A stretch of 64,000 nt of DNA from Patescibacteria group bacterium (GCA_038064195.1 JBBTTO010000002.1:205356-269355), one strand, 5' to 3'. Positions 28,562 to 38,579 are shown, counted from the stretch's first letter. Program-made: numbers and translations. The notes: generated from the sequence alone by a model not told the origin.

Positions 28562-29208
28562 TGGGACAAAAAGTGAATCCACATCTTATCCGTCTGCAAA
28601 ATGTTCATACATGGAGTAGTCGATGGTTTAGTGAAAAAAATTATAAAGAGACAGTCCTTGAGGATTATGCTCTACGTAAGTTACTCATGGAGCGCCTCAG
28701 ACAGGCAGGAGTAAGTAAGGTTGAAATTGAGCGATCGATTAATAATGTTCGGGTTATGGTCTATGTATCACGACCGGGTATTGTTATCGGCCGGGGAGGA
28801 GCGGGGATTGAAGAGTTAAAGAAGATGTTAACGAGGTTCTTTATTAAACAAGGCAAAACAGGTAAAATGATGCCTCGTTTTGATCTGAGAGTTGAGCAGG
28901 TCAAAGATCCCAACCAGGATGCATACTTAGTTGCTAAAAGTATAGCTGAAGGGCTTATCAGACGTCTTTCATTTAAGAGAGTCTTGGTTCAGACCTCAGA
29001 TAAAGTGATGAATTCAGGAGCGCTCGGTGTGAGAATTGTCCTTTCAGGACGCATTAACGGATCAGAAATCGGGAGGCGTGAGAAAATTCAGGTTGGCACA
29101 GTTCCACTCTCAACCATCAGAGCCAATATTGATTATGCACAGTTCCCGGCGCTGACTAAGAAAGGGTATATCGGAGTTAAAGTGTGGATTAATAGAAAAG
29201 AGGAATAA
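28561..29208 (+). CDS. rpsC: 30S ribosomal protein S3
   Basis: [13 protein letters not shown]-terminus, with KH and S3-C domains. Confidence 0.95.
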   Translation: MGQKVNPHLIRLQNVHTWSSRWFSEKNYKETVLEDYALRKLLMERLRQAGVSKVEIERSINNVRVMVYVSRPGIVIGRGGAGIEELKKMLTRFFIKQGKTGKMMPRFDLRVEQVKDPNQDAYLVAKSIAEGLIRRLSFKRVLVQTSDKVMNSGALGVRIVLSGRINGSEIGRREKIQVGTVPLSTIRANIDYAQFPALTKKGYIGVKVWINRKEE

Positions 29209-29209
29209 T

Positions 29210-29620
29210 ATGTTAGTACCAAGAAGAGTAAAATATCGAAAACAAATGCGCGGCACTATGAAGGGGGACGCCTATCGCGGCACCACACTTGCTTTTGGTG
29301 AGTTCGGCCTGGTGACTGAGGAGCCGGCCTGGATTTCCAGTCGCCAGATAGAGTCAGCCCGTCGCGCGATTACTCATTATACTCAGCGTGGTGGTCGTGT
29401 CTGGATTCGTATTTTTCCTGATAAGCCGGTTTCTAAAAAACCACCGGAAGTACGTATGGGTGGCGGAAAAGGGGATATTGAAGAGCATGTAGCACCCGTG
29501 TTACCAGGTAGAGTTCTTTTTGAAATGGGAGGCGTTACACTTGACATTGCCAGTGAAGCACTTAGGCTCGCAGCGCATAAATTGCCGGTAAAAACACGCT
29601 TTATTACGAGAGGAAAATAA
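29210..29620 (+). CDS. rplP: 50S ribosomal protein L16
   Basis: [15 protein letters not shown]...RMGGGKG. Confidence 0.95.
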   Translation: MLVPRRVKYRKQMRGTMKGDAYRGTTLAFGEFGLVTEEPAWISSRQIESARRAITHYTQRGGRVWIRIFPDKPVSKKPPEVRMGGGKGDIEEHVAPVLPGRVLFEMGGVTLDIASEALRLAAHKLPVKTRFITRGK

Positions 29621-29621
29621 T

Positions 29622-29840
29622 ATGAAATTAAAATTAAAACAGGAAATTACCAACAGCACTCCGGAAGAGTTGAAAAAAAGATTGCTTGACAGCAGGAAGG
29701 CTTTTCAGCAGGCAATGCTTGATCATAAACAATTCAAGTTGAAAAACACCAGCTCACTGACAACTAAGCGTCACGAAATCGCAGTTATTTTAACTGTTAT
29801 TAAAGAAAAGGAGGCACAAAACCATGGCCAAAACGCTTAA
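29622..29840 (+). CDS. rpmC: 50S ribosomal protein L29
   Basis: 72 aa. ...TPEELKKRLLDSRKAFQQAMLDH... Confidence 0.85.
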   Translation: MKLKLKQEITNSTPEELKKRLLDSRKAFQQAMLDHKQFKLKNTSSLTTKRHEIAVILTVIKEKEAQNHGQNA

Positions 29841-30081
29841 CGGTAACGTAACATCAGTTAGTATGACAGGGACTGCAACTGTTGAGGTTTCACGACGCAT
29901 TCCTCATAAACTGTATCGAAAACTGCTTGCCCGAAGCAAGAAGTATAAAGTAGCAGTAAATGGCATTGAAGTAATGCAGGGTGATTATGTTGAGATTGAG
30001 GAGACTAAGCCCGTTTCAAAAGATAAATATTTTAAACTTACAAAAGTCTTAACGAGTGCAAAGGAGAAAAAACACGCATGA
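29824..30081 (+). CDS. rpsQ: 30S ribosomal protein S17
   Basis: 85 aa OB-fold. The start overlaps the rpmC end. Confidence 0.9.
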   Translation: MAKTLNGNVTSVSMTGTATVEVSRRIPHKLYRKLLARSKKYKVAVNGIEVMQGDYVEIEETKPVSKDKYFKLTKVLTSAKEKKHA

Positions 30082-30452
30082 TACAACATCGCTCAATGCT
30101 TACCGTAGCTGACAACTCGGGAGCACGATTATTACAGGTAATTCATATCTTTGGTGGATCAAAACGCCGTAAAGGTTCAATTGGCGATGTGGTTAATGCT
30201 GTTGTCAAACAGGCGACCCCCCATGGCAATATCAAGGAGGGTGAGATTGTCAAGGTAGTTGTGGTACGCACCCGTAAAGAATATGGACGAAGCGATGGTT
30301 CCTTTATTCGTTTCTCAGATAATGCAGGGGTTCTGATCGACAATCCGAAAGACAAGAATCCGCGCGGAACACGTATCTTTGGACCTGTCGCGCGTGAAGT
30401 ACGTGATCTTGGGTTTAGTAAAATAGCCAGTATGGCAATTGAGGTGATTTAG
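30078..30452 (+). CDS. rplN: 50S ribosomal protein L14
   Basis: [17 protein letters not shown]... Confidence 0.95.
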   Translation: MIQHRSMLTVADNSGARLLQVIHIFGGSKRRKGSIGDVVNAVVKQATPHGNIKEGEIVKVVVVRTRKEYGRSDGSFIRFSDNAGVLIDNPKDKNPRGTRIFGPVAREVRDLGFSKIASMAIEVI

Positions 30453-30460
30453 GAGGATAT

Positions 30461-30766
30461 ATGAAAATTCTTAAAGGCGATTTAGTCGCAATTGTTACAG
30501 GTAAAGATGAAGGCAAAACCGGTAAGGTCGAAAAAGTTTTGACAAAAGAAAATAAGGTTGTGGTTGAAGGCGTTAATCTATTTAAGCGCCATATCAAGGC
30601 CAGGACGCAGGGTCAGAAATCAGAAATCGTGACTATCACTAAGCCCTTGCCGCAGGCAAATGTGGCTCTTATCTGTCCGAAATGCAAAGAGCAAACACGA
30701 GTTGGTTATATAGTAAGCAAAGACAGTAAAGAGCGGATCTGTCGAAAGTGTAAAGCAGTTATCTAG
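30461..30766 (+). CDS. rplX: 50S ribosomal protein L24 with a C-terminal C4 zinc-ribbon extension
   Basis: KOW motif MKILKGDLVAIVTGKDEGKTGKV, then CPKCKEQ...(14)...CRKCK. Confidence 0.9.
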   Translation: MKILKGDLVAIVTGKDEGKTGKVEKVLTKENKVVVEGVNLFKRHIKARTQGQKSEIVTITKPLPQANVALICPKCKEQTRVGYIVSKDSKERICRKCKAVI

Positions 30767-30770
30767 ACAT

Positions 30771-31325
30771 ATGGAAAACTTACAAACACGCTATACCAAA
30801 TCATTACGATCTGAACTCCAACAAAAGTTGGGAGTAAAAAATCCTATGGCAACACCGAAGTTAGTTAAGATCGTTGTTAATATGGGAGTAAAAGATGCTG
30901 TTGCGGACAAGAAAAATATTGAGCGGGCAGCAGCTGCTTTATCGCAGATCACCGGACAGAAGGCCAAAGTAACCCGTGCTAAAAAATCAGTTGCATCATT
31001 TAAGCTACGTGAAGGCGAACCGATCGGTGTCGTTGCTACACTAAGGGGCAAAAGAATGTATGATTTTTTTGAAAAATTAGTGACTATTGTTTTCCCTCGC
31101 TTGAAGGACTTCCATGGAATCAGTCGAAACAGTTTTGACGGACAGGGGAATTATACTCTCGGATTTTCAGAATATGCGGTTTTCCCGGAGATTGATCCAT
31201 CAACTGTTGAGAAAATACAGGGGCTTGAGGTAGTTGTTGTAACATCCACTCGTAAGAATAATGAGGGACTTGCCCTTCTTGAAGCGTTAGGAACACCTTT
31301 TGAAAAAGAAAGAGAGAGTAAGTAG
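30771..31325 (+). CDS. rplE: 50S ribosomal protein L5
   Basis: ...NPMATPKLVKIVVNMGV...FPEIDPS... Confidence 0.95.
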   Translation: MENLQTRYTKSLRSELQQKLGVKNPMATPKLVKIVVNMGVKDAVADKKNIERAAAALSQITGQKAKVTRAKKSVASFKLREGEPIGVVATLRGKRMYDFFEKLVTIVFPRLKDFHGISRNSFDGQGNYTLGFSEYAVFPEIDPSTVEKIQGLEVVVVTSTRKNNEGLALLEALGTPFEKERESK

Positions 31326-31380
31326 GCCCTGCCTGCCGGCGGGTTGTCATTTGAAGCTAAAAAGCTTATAATTACAGACT

Positions 31381-31566
31381 ATGGCAAAAACATCAGATAT
31401 TGTTAAATTTCAACACAAGCAAAAGTTTAGCGTTCGCATGGTCAACCGATGTGCTTTATGTGGTAGATCTCGTGGGTATATGCGTCGCTTTGGTTTATGT
31501 AGGCTTTGTTTTAGAGAAAGAGCACAGAGAGGAGAGCTTCCAGGCGTACTGAAAGCTAGTTGGTAA
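31381..31566 (+). CDS. rpsN: 30S ribosomal protein S14 type Z (zinc-binding)
   Basis: 61 aa. [23 protein letters not shown] is a CxxC...CxxC motif. Confidence 0.95.
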   Translation: MAKTSDIVKFQHKQKFSVRMVNRCALCGRSRGYMRRFGLCRLCFRERAQRGELPGVLKASW

Positions 31567-31569
31567 CTT

Positions 31570-31959
31570 ATGTATAGTGTTGCTGATTTTGTTATTCGAG
31601 TGAAAAATGCATCTGATGCCAGACGGAGAGAGGTTGTTATGCCGTACTCAAAAATCACTAAAGCAATAGGAAAACTTTTAGTGAAAGAAGGTTTTTTGGC
31701 TGATATTCGTGAAACTGAGTTTGACGGGAAAAAGACAATTACGGCAGGGATACGCTACGTTAGACGAAAACCGGTAGTCGAAGCAGTTGAGATTGTTTCA
31801 AAACCGTCACTTAGATTTCACATTAATCATAAAGAGTTGCAAACAGAGCAGCGAAAAAAGACGTTGACACTTGTTGTCTCTACCAGCCAGGGACTGATGA
31901 CGGGTAAAGATGCCCTTAAAAAAGGCTTAGGAGGAGAACTTCTTTTTAAGATAGGATAA
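31570..31959 (+). CDS. rpsH: 30S ribosomal protein S8
   Basis: MYSVADFVIRVKNA... Confidence 0.95.
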   Translation: MYSVADFVIRVKNASDARRREVVMPYSKITKAIGKLLVKEGFLADIRETEFDGKKTITAGIRYVRRKPVVEAVEIVSKPSLRFHINHKELQTEQRKKTLTLVVSTSQGLMTGKDALKKGLGGELLFKIG

Positions 31960-31964
31960 ATACT

Positions 31965-32513
31965 ATGTCAAAAATAGGACGGTCACCAATAGAAATTAAA
32001 GAGGGAGTAACTGTCTCGCTTAGCGGGAATGCAGTTACTGTTTCAGGCGTTAAAGGGCAACTCTCGTATGCTTTGCCTCGGGGTATTACTGTCAGTCAAG
32101 AGGATACTACCTTAGTAGTCGCTCGTGAAGCAGACAATCCCGAGTTGAGTGCAAAATGGGGACTTGCTCGTGCGCAGATTGCAAATCTTATTAAAGGAGT
32201 GGATCGCGGATTTGAGAAAAAGCTTGAGCTTCAAGGAGTAGGTTATCGCGCCCAAATGCAGGGGAATGACTTGGTTCTCAGTCTTGGATTTTCTCATCCC
32301 GTTAAATTTACCCCTCGTGAAGGCGTCAAATTGGCAGTTCAGGAGAATATTATTACTATTTCTGGAGTCAGTAAAATGCTTGTCGGTGAGGCAGCGGCAA
32401 AGATTCGTGAAGTAAGGCCGCCTGAGCCCTATAAAGGGAAAGGCATTCGTTATGTCGGTGAACAGGTAAGACGTAAGGCAGGCAAAGCTGCCAAAGCAGT
32501 AGGAGGCAAATAA
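31965..32513 (+). CDS. rplF: 50S ribosomal protein L6
   Basis: MSKIGRSPIEIKEGVTVSLSGNAVTVSGVKGQL... Confidence 0.95.
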   Translation: MSKIGRSPIEIKEGVTVSLSGNAVTVSGVKGQLSYALPRGITVSQEDTTLVVAREADNPELSAKWGLARAQIANLIKGVDRGFEKKLELQGVGYRAQMQGNDLVLSLGFSHPVKFTPREGVKLAVQENIITISGVSKMLVGEAAAKIREVRPPEPYKGKGIRYVGEQVRRKAGKAAKAVGGK

Positions 32514-32515
32514 CT

Positions 32516-32857
32516 ATGAAAGGTAAAATAAATCGTATTCAGCAGAGACAGGAAAGAACCAGGGCAAAAGTCAGGTTGATCTCTCCACGACCAAGACTAT
32601 CTGTTTTTCGTTCAAATAGTTTCATTTATGCCCAAATCATAGATGATAAGTCACAAAAAACTCTCCTTGGGGTTAGTGAGAAAAAAGAACAGAAAGGTAA
32701 TAAAACAGAGCGTGCTCATGTGTTGGGGCAGGAATTGGCCAAAATGGCGCTGACTAAGAAAATTAAAGAGGTAGTTTTTGATAAAGGACGTTATGCGTAT
32801 CATGGTCGGGTTAAGGCTTTAGCTGAAGGGGCAAGAGAAGGAGGGTTAGTTTTTTAA
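32516..32857 (+). CDS. rplR: 50S ribosomal protein L18
   Basis: ...RPRLSVFRSNSFIYAQIIDD... Confidence 0.9.
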   Translation: MKGKINRIQQRQERTRAKVRLISPRPRLSVFRSNSFIYAQIIDDKSQKTLLGVSEKKEQKGNKTERAHVLGQELAKMALTKKIKEVVFDKGRYAYHGRVKALAEGAREGGLVF

Positions 32858-32858
32858 T

Positions 32859-33347
32859 ATGGCAAGTATGGATTATCAAAATAAGGGAGAATATATTGAG
32901 CACGTTGTGAAGATCAGCCGTGTTTCTAAGAAGACCAAAGGTGGCAATAAAGTTGGCTTTTCTGCGTTAACTGTAGTTGGAGATGGAAAGGGCAAAGTAG
33001 GTGTTGGTCTTGGTAAAGCTCCCGATGTCTCAGGTGCAGTGCGAAAAGGGATCTTGCTTGCGAAAAAGCATATGATCTCAGTCCCGCTTGTTAAAGGGAC
33101 AATTCGTTCACGGGTTGATGTCAAAGTCGGAGCTGCGCGTGTTATGCTTAAGCCGGCACCTCCCGGAAGTGGAATTATCGCAGGCGGCGCAGTACGAAGC
33201 GTGGTAGCTGCAGCCGGCATTACCAATATCTCCAGTAAAGTGCTTGGCAGTAACAATAAAAACGGCAATGTTACAGCCACCCTTGAGGCTCTCCGTATTC
33301 TGTCTGAGATGCAGGAGAAAAAAGAGGCAGGGTTAAAAAATAAATAA
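32859..33347 (+). CDS. rpsE: 30S ribosomal protein S5
   Basis: ...VKISRVSKKTKGGNKVGFSALTVVGDGKGKVGVGLGKA... Confidence 0.95.
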   Translation: MASMDYQNKGEYIEHVVKISRVSKKTKGGNKVGFSALTVVGDGKGKVGVGLGKAPDVSGAVRKGILLAKKHMISVPLVKGTIRSRVDVKVGAARVMLKPAPPGSGIIAGGAVRSVVAAAGITNISSKVLGSNNKNGNVTATLEALRILSEMQEKKEAGLKNK

Positions 33348-33350
33348 TAT

Positions 33351-33818
33351 ATGGAACTTAATCAACTACCATCAATTAGTCATAAAAGTAAAAGACGTCT
33401 TGGTCAAGGCCACGGGTCAGGTCGCGTCAAAACGGCCGGCCGGGGAACAAAAGGCCAAAAAGCCCGTTATGATATTCCGCTTGATTTTGAAGGTGGAGCG
33501 CTGCCGCTTATCAAGAGACTTCCTTTTCTCCGCGGAAAAGATCGTAATAAATCAATCTATGCAAAGCCTATCGTCCTTGATGTAGCCAGCCTGAACAGGC
33601 TTCCTCAGAATACCAAGGTTACCATAGAGTCTTTAGCAAAGCATCAGATCGTCGATAAATTGGCGGCGGAAACGCGTGGTGTTAAGATTTTGGGAAATGG
33701 TGACGTGAATGTTGCGTTGGTTATACAGTTACCTATTTCAAAAAGCGCTGAAGAAAAAGTCATTAAAGCAGGTGGGCGTATTGAACCTGTCACAACGAGT
33801 GTTAGTGTAACTGCATGA
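33351..33818 (+). CDS. rplO: 50S ribosomal protein L15 (it follows rpsE directly; no rpmD/L30 gene)
   Basis: ...[25 protein letters not shown]... Confidence 0.9.
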   Translation: MELNQLPSISHKSKRRLGQGHGSGRVKTAGRGTKGQKARYDIPLDFEGGALPLIKRLPFLRGKDRNKSIYAKPIVLDVASLNRLPQNTKVTIESLAKHQIVDKLAAETRGVKILGNGDVNVALVIQLPISKSAEEKVIKAGGRIEPVTTSVSVTA

Positions 33819-35107
33819 ACAAATTATTTTCCACCCTGTCTACAGCTTTCAGAACACCTGAAGTTCGTCGAAAGCTGATTTATACCGCCATTATTTTTCT
33901 CGTATTCAGAATCTTTGCTCATATTCCGGTCGCGGGCGTTGATGTGGCACATCTGAAAAATTTGTTCGCTCAAAATCAATTTTTGGGGCTTTTGGATGTT
34001 TTTTCAGGCGGAACCTTACGTAACTTTTCTATTCTTGCCTTAGGTCTTAATCCTTATATCAATGCCTCAATTATTCTCCAGGTTTTGACCATGGTTCTCC
34101 CCAAACTTGAGGAAATGCAGAAAGAAGGCGAGCAAGGGAGGCAAAAGATCAATCAATACACACGTTTTCTGACCGTTCCCTTGGCTGTCCTTCAAGCCAT
34201 AGGAATGTACGCACTCCTTCGAAGTCAGGGAATTATTTCGACTCTCTCCCCACTTGAGCTCATAACTTTTCTTTTAACAATGACTGCGGGTACGATGTTT
34301 GCCGTGTGGCTTGGGGAGCTGATTACGGAGCGCGGAGTTGGTAATGGTGTATCAGTTCTTATTTTTGCAGGCATTATCGGAGGTATCCCCGGAGTGCTTG
34401 GTCAGACTGCAGCTACAACAACTGCTGAGAGTGCTATCGGAATTCTGATCTTTTTAGTTCTGGGATTAGCAGTTGTGTCCTCGATTATTTTTGTCAATGA
34501 GGCAACCCGTCAAATTCCTGTACATTATGCAAAAAGGATGCGAGGTAATAAAATGTATGGTGGACAATCCACCCATCTGCCTCTTCGTCTAAATCAATCA
34601 GGCGTTATTCCTATTATTTTCGCAGTCTCGCTTGTTCTTTTACCCTCACTTCTTGCTAATTTTATGCTGGCTTCTCGTAATCCAAAGCTCATAGGTATAG
34701 GTCAGTTTTTAACGTATTGGTTTAATCCTGACGGCTGGGCGTATAATATCGGCTATTTCCTCCTAGTAGTTGGTTTTACTTTTTTCTACACAGCGGTTGT
34801 CTTTAATCCCAAGAAGATTTCAGAGGAGATGCAAAAGCACGGAGGTTTTATCCCCGGTATTCGTCCAGGTATCCAAACAGCCGGTTATCTTAACTATATT
34901 CTAACCCGGTTGACGCTTGTCGGAGCGATTTTCTTAGGAGTTATCGCAATTTTACCGTCACTAGCTAAGGGGGTAACTGGTATTCAAAATCTTGTTCTCG
35001 GCGGTACGGGAATTCTGATCGTCGTGAGTGTTGTTTTGGAAACATATAAAGCAATTGAAGCACAGCTGGTGATGCGGAGTTACGACGGATTTTTACAGAG
35101 GAATTGA
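33815..35107 (+). CDS. secY: preprotein translocase subunit SecY
   Basis: 430 aa with 10 TM helices. [27 protein letters not shown]-terminus. Confidence 0.95.
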   Translation: MNKLFSTLSTAFRTPEVRRKLIYTAIIFLVFRIFAHIPVAGVDVAHLKNLFAQNQFLGLLDVFSGGTLRNFSILALGLNPYINASIILQVLTMVLPKLEEMQKEGEQGRQKINQYTRFLTVPLAVLQAIGMYALLRSQGIISTLSPLELITFLLTMTAGTMFAVWLGELITERGVGNGVSVLIFAGIIGGIPGVLGQTAATTTAESAIGILIFLVLGLAVVSSIIFVNEATRQIPVHYAKRMRGNKMYGGQSTHLPLRLNQSGVIPIIFAVSLVLLPSLLANFMLASRNPKLIGIGQFLTYWFNPDGWAYNIGYFLLVVGFTFFYTAVVFNPKKISEEMQKHGGFIPGIRPGIQTAGYLNYILTRLTLVGAIFLGVIAILPSLAKGVTGIQNLVLGGTGILIVVSVVLETYKAIEAQLVMRSYDGFLQRN

Positions 35108-35108
35108 T

Positions 35109-35666
35109 ATGAAGCTTATTCTTATTGGTATTCAGGGAGCAGGTAAATCAACGCAGGGGAAGCTTCTTTCAGAAAAGCTCCATATTCCCTATCTCTCAAC
35201 GGGGCATATTTTCCGTGAGCTTGCAAAAGAACATACACCTTTAGGTCGCTATGTTAAAGAAACCATTAATGCCGGATTCTTGCTACCTGATGATAAAACA
35301 CTGGAGATCGTCAGTGAATATCTGCACAAACCTGAATATAAAGCCGGCTATATTTTGGATGGATTCCCTCGTACGACCCATCAGGCAGAAAAATTTGAGA
35401 ATGGGGTAGATCATGTGTTTTATCTTAAAGTCTCAGATAAAGAGGCGCTCTGGAGGCTTTCATATCGAGAGGGTGAAGAAGCAGATGGACGCGAAGACGA
35501 TACGCTTAAGGCACTTCGTAGGAGAATAGAGCTTTTTCATGAACATACAGAGCCGGTACTTGCACACTATCGTCACCATAGAAAGCTCATAGAGATTGAC
35601 GGTGAACAAAAGATTCCTCATATCCACGATGAAATCATGCAAAAGATTCATCAAGCGCAAAAGTAG
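35109..35666 (+). CDS. adk: adenylate kinase (short-lid form)
   Basis: ILIGIQGAGKSTQGKLL P-loop. GFILDGFPRT. Confidence 0.9.
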   Translation: MKLILIGIQGAGKSTQGKLLSEKLHIPYLSTGHIFRELAKEHTPLGRYVKETINAGFLLPDDKTLEIVSEYLHKPEYKAGYILDGFPRTTHQAEKFENGVDHVFYLKVSDKEALWRLSYREGEEADGREDDTLKALRRRIELFHEHTEPVLAHYRHHRKLIEIDGEQKIPHIHDEIMQKIHQAQK

Positions 35667-35669
35667 CTC

Positions 35670-36383
35670 ATGAAGACGCAGCAAAAAGGATTTGTCATAG
35701 CAATTGACGGCCCCGCAGCAGCCGGTAAGGGAACAATAGTTCAACTTCTGACAGAGCATTTTAAGGGAGTTAATATTTACACTGGGGGTATGTATCGCGC
35801 TCTTGCTTTAAAATGCATACGAAGCGATATTGACCTCAATGATTCTGAGCAAATTATACACATTCTTAACGAGACAAAAATAGATCTTGGGGCTGATGGG
35901 TCAATGGGCGCAGTTGCTCAGATTTTTCTCGATGGAGGAAATGTAACGAATGAAATTAGGACACCAAAGGCAGCTTTGGGAGCGGGGAAAGTTGGGCAAA
36001 TTAAGCAGGTTCGACAGGTTATGCTGTTTAAGCAGCGGGAAATAGCACAAAGATTTGTCGATCAGGGAAGAGTGGTCATTATTGATGGGCAAGACATAGC
36101 ACGGTCTGTCTATCCTCAGGCAAAAGTAAAAATTTTTTTAACTGCAACTCAAGAAGAAAGGGCAAAAAGACGAAAAAAACAATATGATAAGCAAGGAATA
36201 AATAAAACTATGAGCGATATGTTAGAGGAGATTAAAATACGAGATACAAATGACTTTACGAGAGAACTACATCCATTATCAAATGTCCCTGAAAAAGACG
36301 GTTACTCCGTGGTTGATAGTACAAATTTAAATGAACTTGAGACGAAAGATGCCATTGTCGAGATAGTAAGCAAAAATAAATAG
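35670..36383 (+). CDS. cmk: cytidylate kinase
   Basis: VIAIDGPAAAGKGTI P-loop. ...GGMYRALAL... matches Cmk. Confidence 0.85.
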   Translation: MKTQQKGFVIAIDGPAAAGKGTIVQLLTEHFKGVNIYTGGMYRALALKCIRSDIDLNDSEQIIHILNETKIDLGADGSMGAVAQIFLDGGNVTNEIRTPKAALGAGKVGQIKQVRQVMLFKQREIAQRFVDQGRVVIIDGQDIARSVYPQAKVKIFLTATQEERAKRRKKQYDKQGINKTMSDMLEEIKIRDTNDFTRELHPLSNVPEKDGYSVVDSTNLNELETKDAIVEIVSKNK

Positions 36384-36384
36384 T

Positions 36385-37146
36385 ATGATACATATTAAAA
36401 ACAAAAAAGAAATAGAGGCTATGAAAAAAGGTGGGCATATGTTGGCGGTTGCGTTGCGTGAGACGCTTACCGCAATTAAGCCTGGAATTACTGAGGGAGA
36501 GCTTGACAAGATCGCGGAAAAAGCAATTCGTCGTCAGGGAGGAGAGCCTGGTTTTATGAAGGTACCCGGCTATCATCATACAATCTGTACCGCAACTAAT
36601 GAGGTAATAGTACATGGCATCCCGGGATCTTACGCACTCAAAAAAGGCGATGTTATCTGTATAGATGCCGGAGTTTTTTATGGAGGACTGCACACAGACA
36701 TGGCAGATACGGTAATAGTCGGTGGAAATGATGCCACAACTCAGCCTGTCATAGATTTTTTGGCAGCGGGTGAAAAAGCGCTTTGGGCGGGGATAGCTCA
36801 GGCAAAAGCGGGTAACAGGGTCGGCGATATCTCCAAGGTCATCCAGGAGATTGTTGAAGGTAAAGGCTATAGTGTCGTTCGGACGCTGGTCGGACACGGT
36901 GTCGGGAAAGAATTGCACGAAGAACCTGAGATACCGGGTTATTTGGCAACAGATATTTCTCGCACTCCCTTACTCAAGGAAGGAATGACCATCGCAATTG
37001 AGGTAATTTATGCGATGGGAGGCTCGGATGTGGTCTATGCAAATGAGGATGGATGGACAATAAAGACTGCTGATGATAGTCTTTCGGCAGTTTTTGAACG
37101 TAGCATTGTTGTGACAAAGAATGGGCCAGTCGTTTTGACAGAATAG
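36385..37146 (+). CDS. map: type I methionine aminopeptidase
   Basis: MIHIKNKKEIEAMKKGGHMLAVAL...ICIDAGVFYGGLHTDMADT... Confidence 0.9.
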   Translation: MIHIKNKKEIEAMKKGGHMLAVALRETLTAIKPGITEGELDKIAEKAIRRQGGEPGFMKVPGYHHTICTATNEVIVHGIPGSYALKKGDVICIDAGVFYGGLHTDMADTVIVGGNDATTQPVIDFLAAGEKALWAGIAQAKAGNRVGDISKVIQEIVEGKGYSVVRTLVGHGVGKELHEEPEIPGYLATDISRTPLLKEGMTIAIEVIYAMGGSDVVYANEDGWTIKTADDSLSAVFERSIVVTKNGPVVLTE

Positions 37147-37180
37147 GGTTGCTCTTTCGAGGCTAGTTTGATATAATAAT

Positions 37181-37318
37181 ACGAATAGACGCGAATACTC
37201 ATTTGTTTGTCCATATTTGAGTGTATTCGTGTGAATGAATAGCACTATAAAGTAAATCTCAAACACGCGAATTAACGCGAAAAAGAGAAGCATTAAAGCT
37301 GATTCGCGTCGATTCGTG
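37181..37318. promoter_or_regulatory. cluster of at least seven (A/C)CGAAT(A/T) motifs in both orientations, upstream of infA
   Basis: acgaatagacgcgaatac ... gtattcgtgtgaatgaat ... cacgcgaattaacgcgaaaaag ... gattcgcgtcgattcgtg, in the 177-nt map-infA spacer. Confidence 0.4.
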
Positions 37319-37323
37319 TTTTT

Positions 37324-37542
37324 ATGGTTCATCAAGGATCAGTAGAAAAAGAAGGAATTGTTAGAGAAGCCCTGCCAAATACATTATTTAGGGTGGAAAT
37401 TGAGGATGGCTCAATCGTACTTTGTCATTTATCCGGTAAGATGCGTATTCACTTTATAAAAATTTTACCCGGAGATAAGGTTCGGATTGAGATGACTCCT
37501 TATGATATAGGCAAAGGGCGTATTACCTATCGAGTTAGGTAG
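37324..37542 (+). CDS. infA: translation initiation factor IF-1
   Basis: ...[51 protein letters not shown]... matches the IF-1 S1-fold. Confidence 0.95.
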   Translation: MVHQGSVEKEGIVREALPNTLFRVEIEDGSIVLCHLSGKMRIHFIKILPGDKVRIEMTPYDIGKGRITYRVR

Positions 37543-37555
37543 GTATTGAAGCTAT

Positions 37556-37669
37556 ATGAAAGTACAAGCCAGTGTTAAAAAAAGATGTATCAAATGCAAA
37601 ATTATTCGTCGAAAGGGCGTTGTTTTTGTAATTTGTCAAACACCAAAGCATAAACAGCGACAAGGATAG
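37556..37669 (+). CDS. rpmJ: 50S ribosomal protein L36 (not in the ORF track; below its length cutoff)
   Basis: Translation [37 protein letters not shown] is the canonical L36 zinc-ribbon sequence. It lies between infA and rpsM as expected. Confidence 0.9.
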   Translation: MKVQASVKKRCIKCKIIRRKGVVFVICQTPKHKQRQG

Positions 37670-37760
37670 GTTAGGCATTAGTTAATTAGCGTTTAGGGTT
37701 TAGTTAAAAATAAAGCAAACTAATTACTAGACGTTAGCAAACTAAAGGCCAGACAAAATT

Positions 37761-38162
37761 ATGAGAATTGCAGGAGTTACTATACCGGACGAAAAAAGAG
37801 TTGATATTGCCCTTACCTACTTATATGGGATTGGTCGAAGTAATGTTGTGGGAGTTCTTAAAGCAGCTGAGATTGAAGGATCAAAAAGAGTAAAAGATCT
37901 TTCAGAAGATGATCAGAAACGCATTACTAAAGCTTTGGAAACAATTAAAGTAGAAGGAGATTTAAGGACTCAGGTCAACAGTGATGTGAAGCGTTTGAGA
38001 GAATCGGGAGCTTATCGAGGTATTCGACATACAAGAGGATTACCTGTTCGCGGTCAACGCACCAAATCAAATGCCCGAACAAAACGTGGGAAGAGAATGA
38101 CAATTGGGGCTATTAAGAAAGAATTAGCAGCTAAGATAGAAGCAGCAGCAGTTAAAAAATAA
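37761..38162 (+). CDS. rpsM: 30S ribosomal protein S13
   Basis: MRIAGVTIPDEKRVDIALTYLYGIGRS... Confidence 0.95.
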   Translation: MRIAGVTIPDEKRVDIALTYLYGIGRSNVVGVLKAAEIEGSKRVKDLSEDDQKRITKALETIKVEGDLRTQVNSDVKRLRESGAYRGIRHTRGLPVRGQRTKSNARTKRGKRMTIGAIKKELAAKIEAAAVKK

Positions 38163-38174
38163 CGGAGTAGTTAT

Positions 38175-38576
38175 ATGGCAGATAAAAAGACACAAAAAAC
38201 AACAGCCAAGAAGAAGTCAACATTGACCGTTACCGATCATGGACGGGTTTATGTGACAGCTACTTTTAATAACTCATTAATTAGTATCACAAATGACAAA
38301 GGAGATCTTATCTCCTGGAGCTCAAGTGGAAATGCAGGCTTTAAAGGGACACGAAAATCAACTCCTTATGCTGCGTCTCTGGCTGTAGAGAATGCAGTTC
38401 GTAAAGCTATCACGCGCGGCCTTAAGTCAGTTGACGTTTTTGTAAAAGGTCCCGGCTCAGGCAGAGATTCGTCACTCAGAGCTATTAAAAGTGCCGGCCT
38501 CTCTATTACCTCAATTGCCGATATTACACCGATCCCTCACAACGGCCCTCGGGCTAAGAAGAAAAGGAGAGTATAG
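38175..38576 (+). CDS. rpsK: 30S ribosomal protein S11
   Basis: ...VYVTATFNNSLISITNDKGDLISWSSSGNAGFKGTRKSTPYAA... Confidence 0.95.
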   Translation: MADKKTQKTTAKKKSTLTVTDHGRVYVTATFNNSLISITNDKGDLISWSSSGNAGFKGTRKSTPYAASLAVENAVRKAITRGLKSVDVFVKGPGSGRDSSLRAIKSAGLSITSIADITPIPHNGPRAKKKRRV

Positions 38577-38579
38577 TCT

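Noticed and set aside
31325-31345. GC-rich ccctgcctgccggcggg after rplE as another CCTGC/GCAGG hairpin
   Set aside because: The arms are not complementary (GGCGGG versus the GGCAGG that would be required). It is only a short GCCGGC palindrome, too weak to group with the clear hairpin at 40170.
25732-33280. Long minus-strand ORFs antisense to ribosomal protein genes (for example 25732..26091 and 32876..33280)
   Set aside because: They are antisense to highly conserved r-protein genes with intact motifs. They have low-complexity translations and are typical shadow ORFs.
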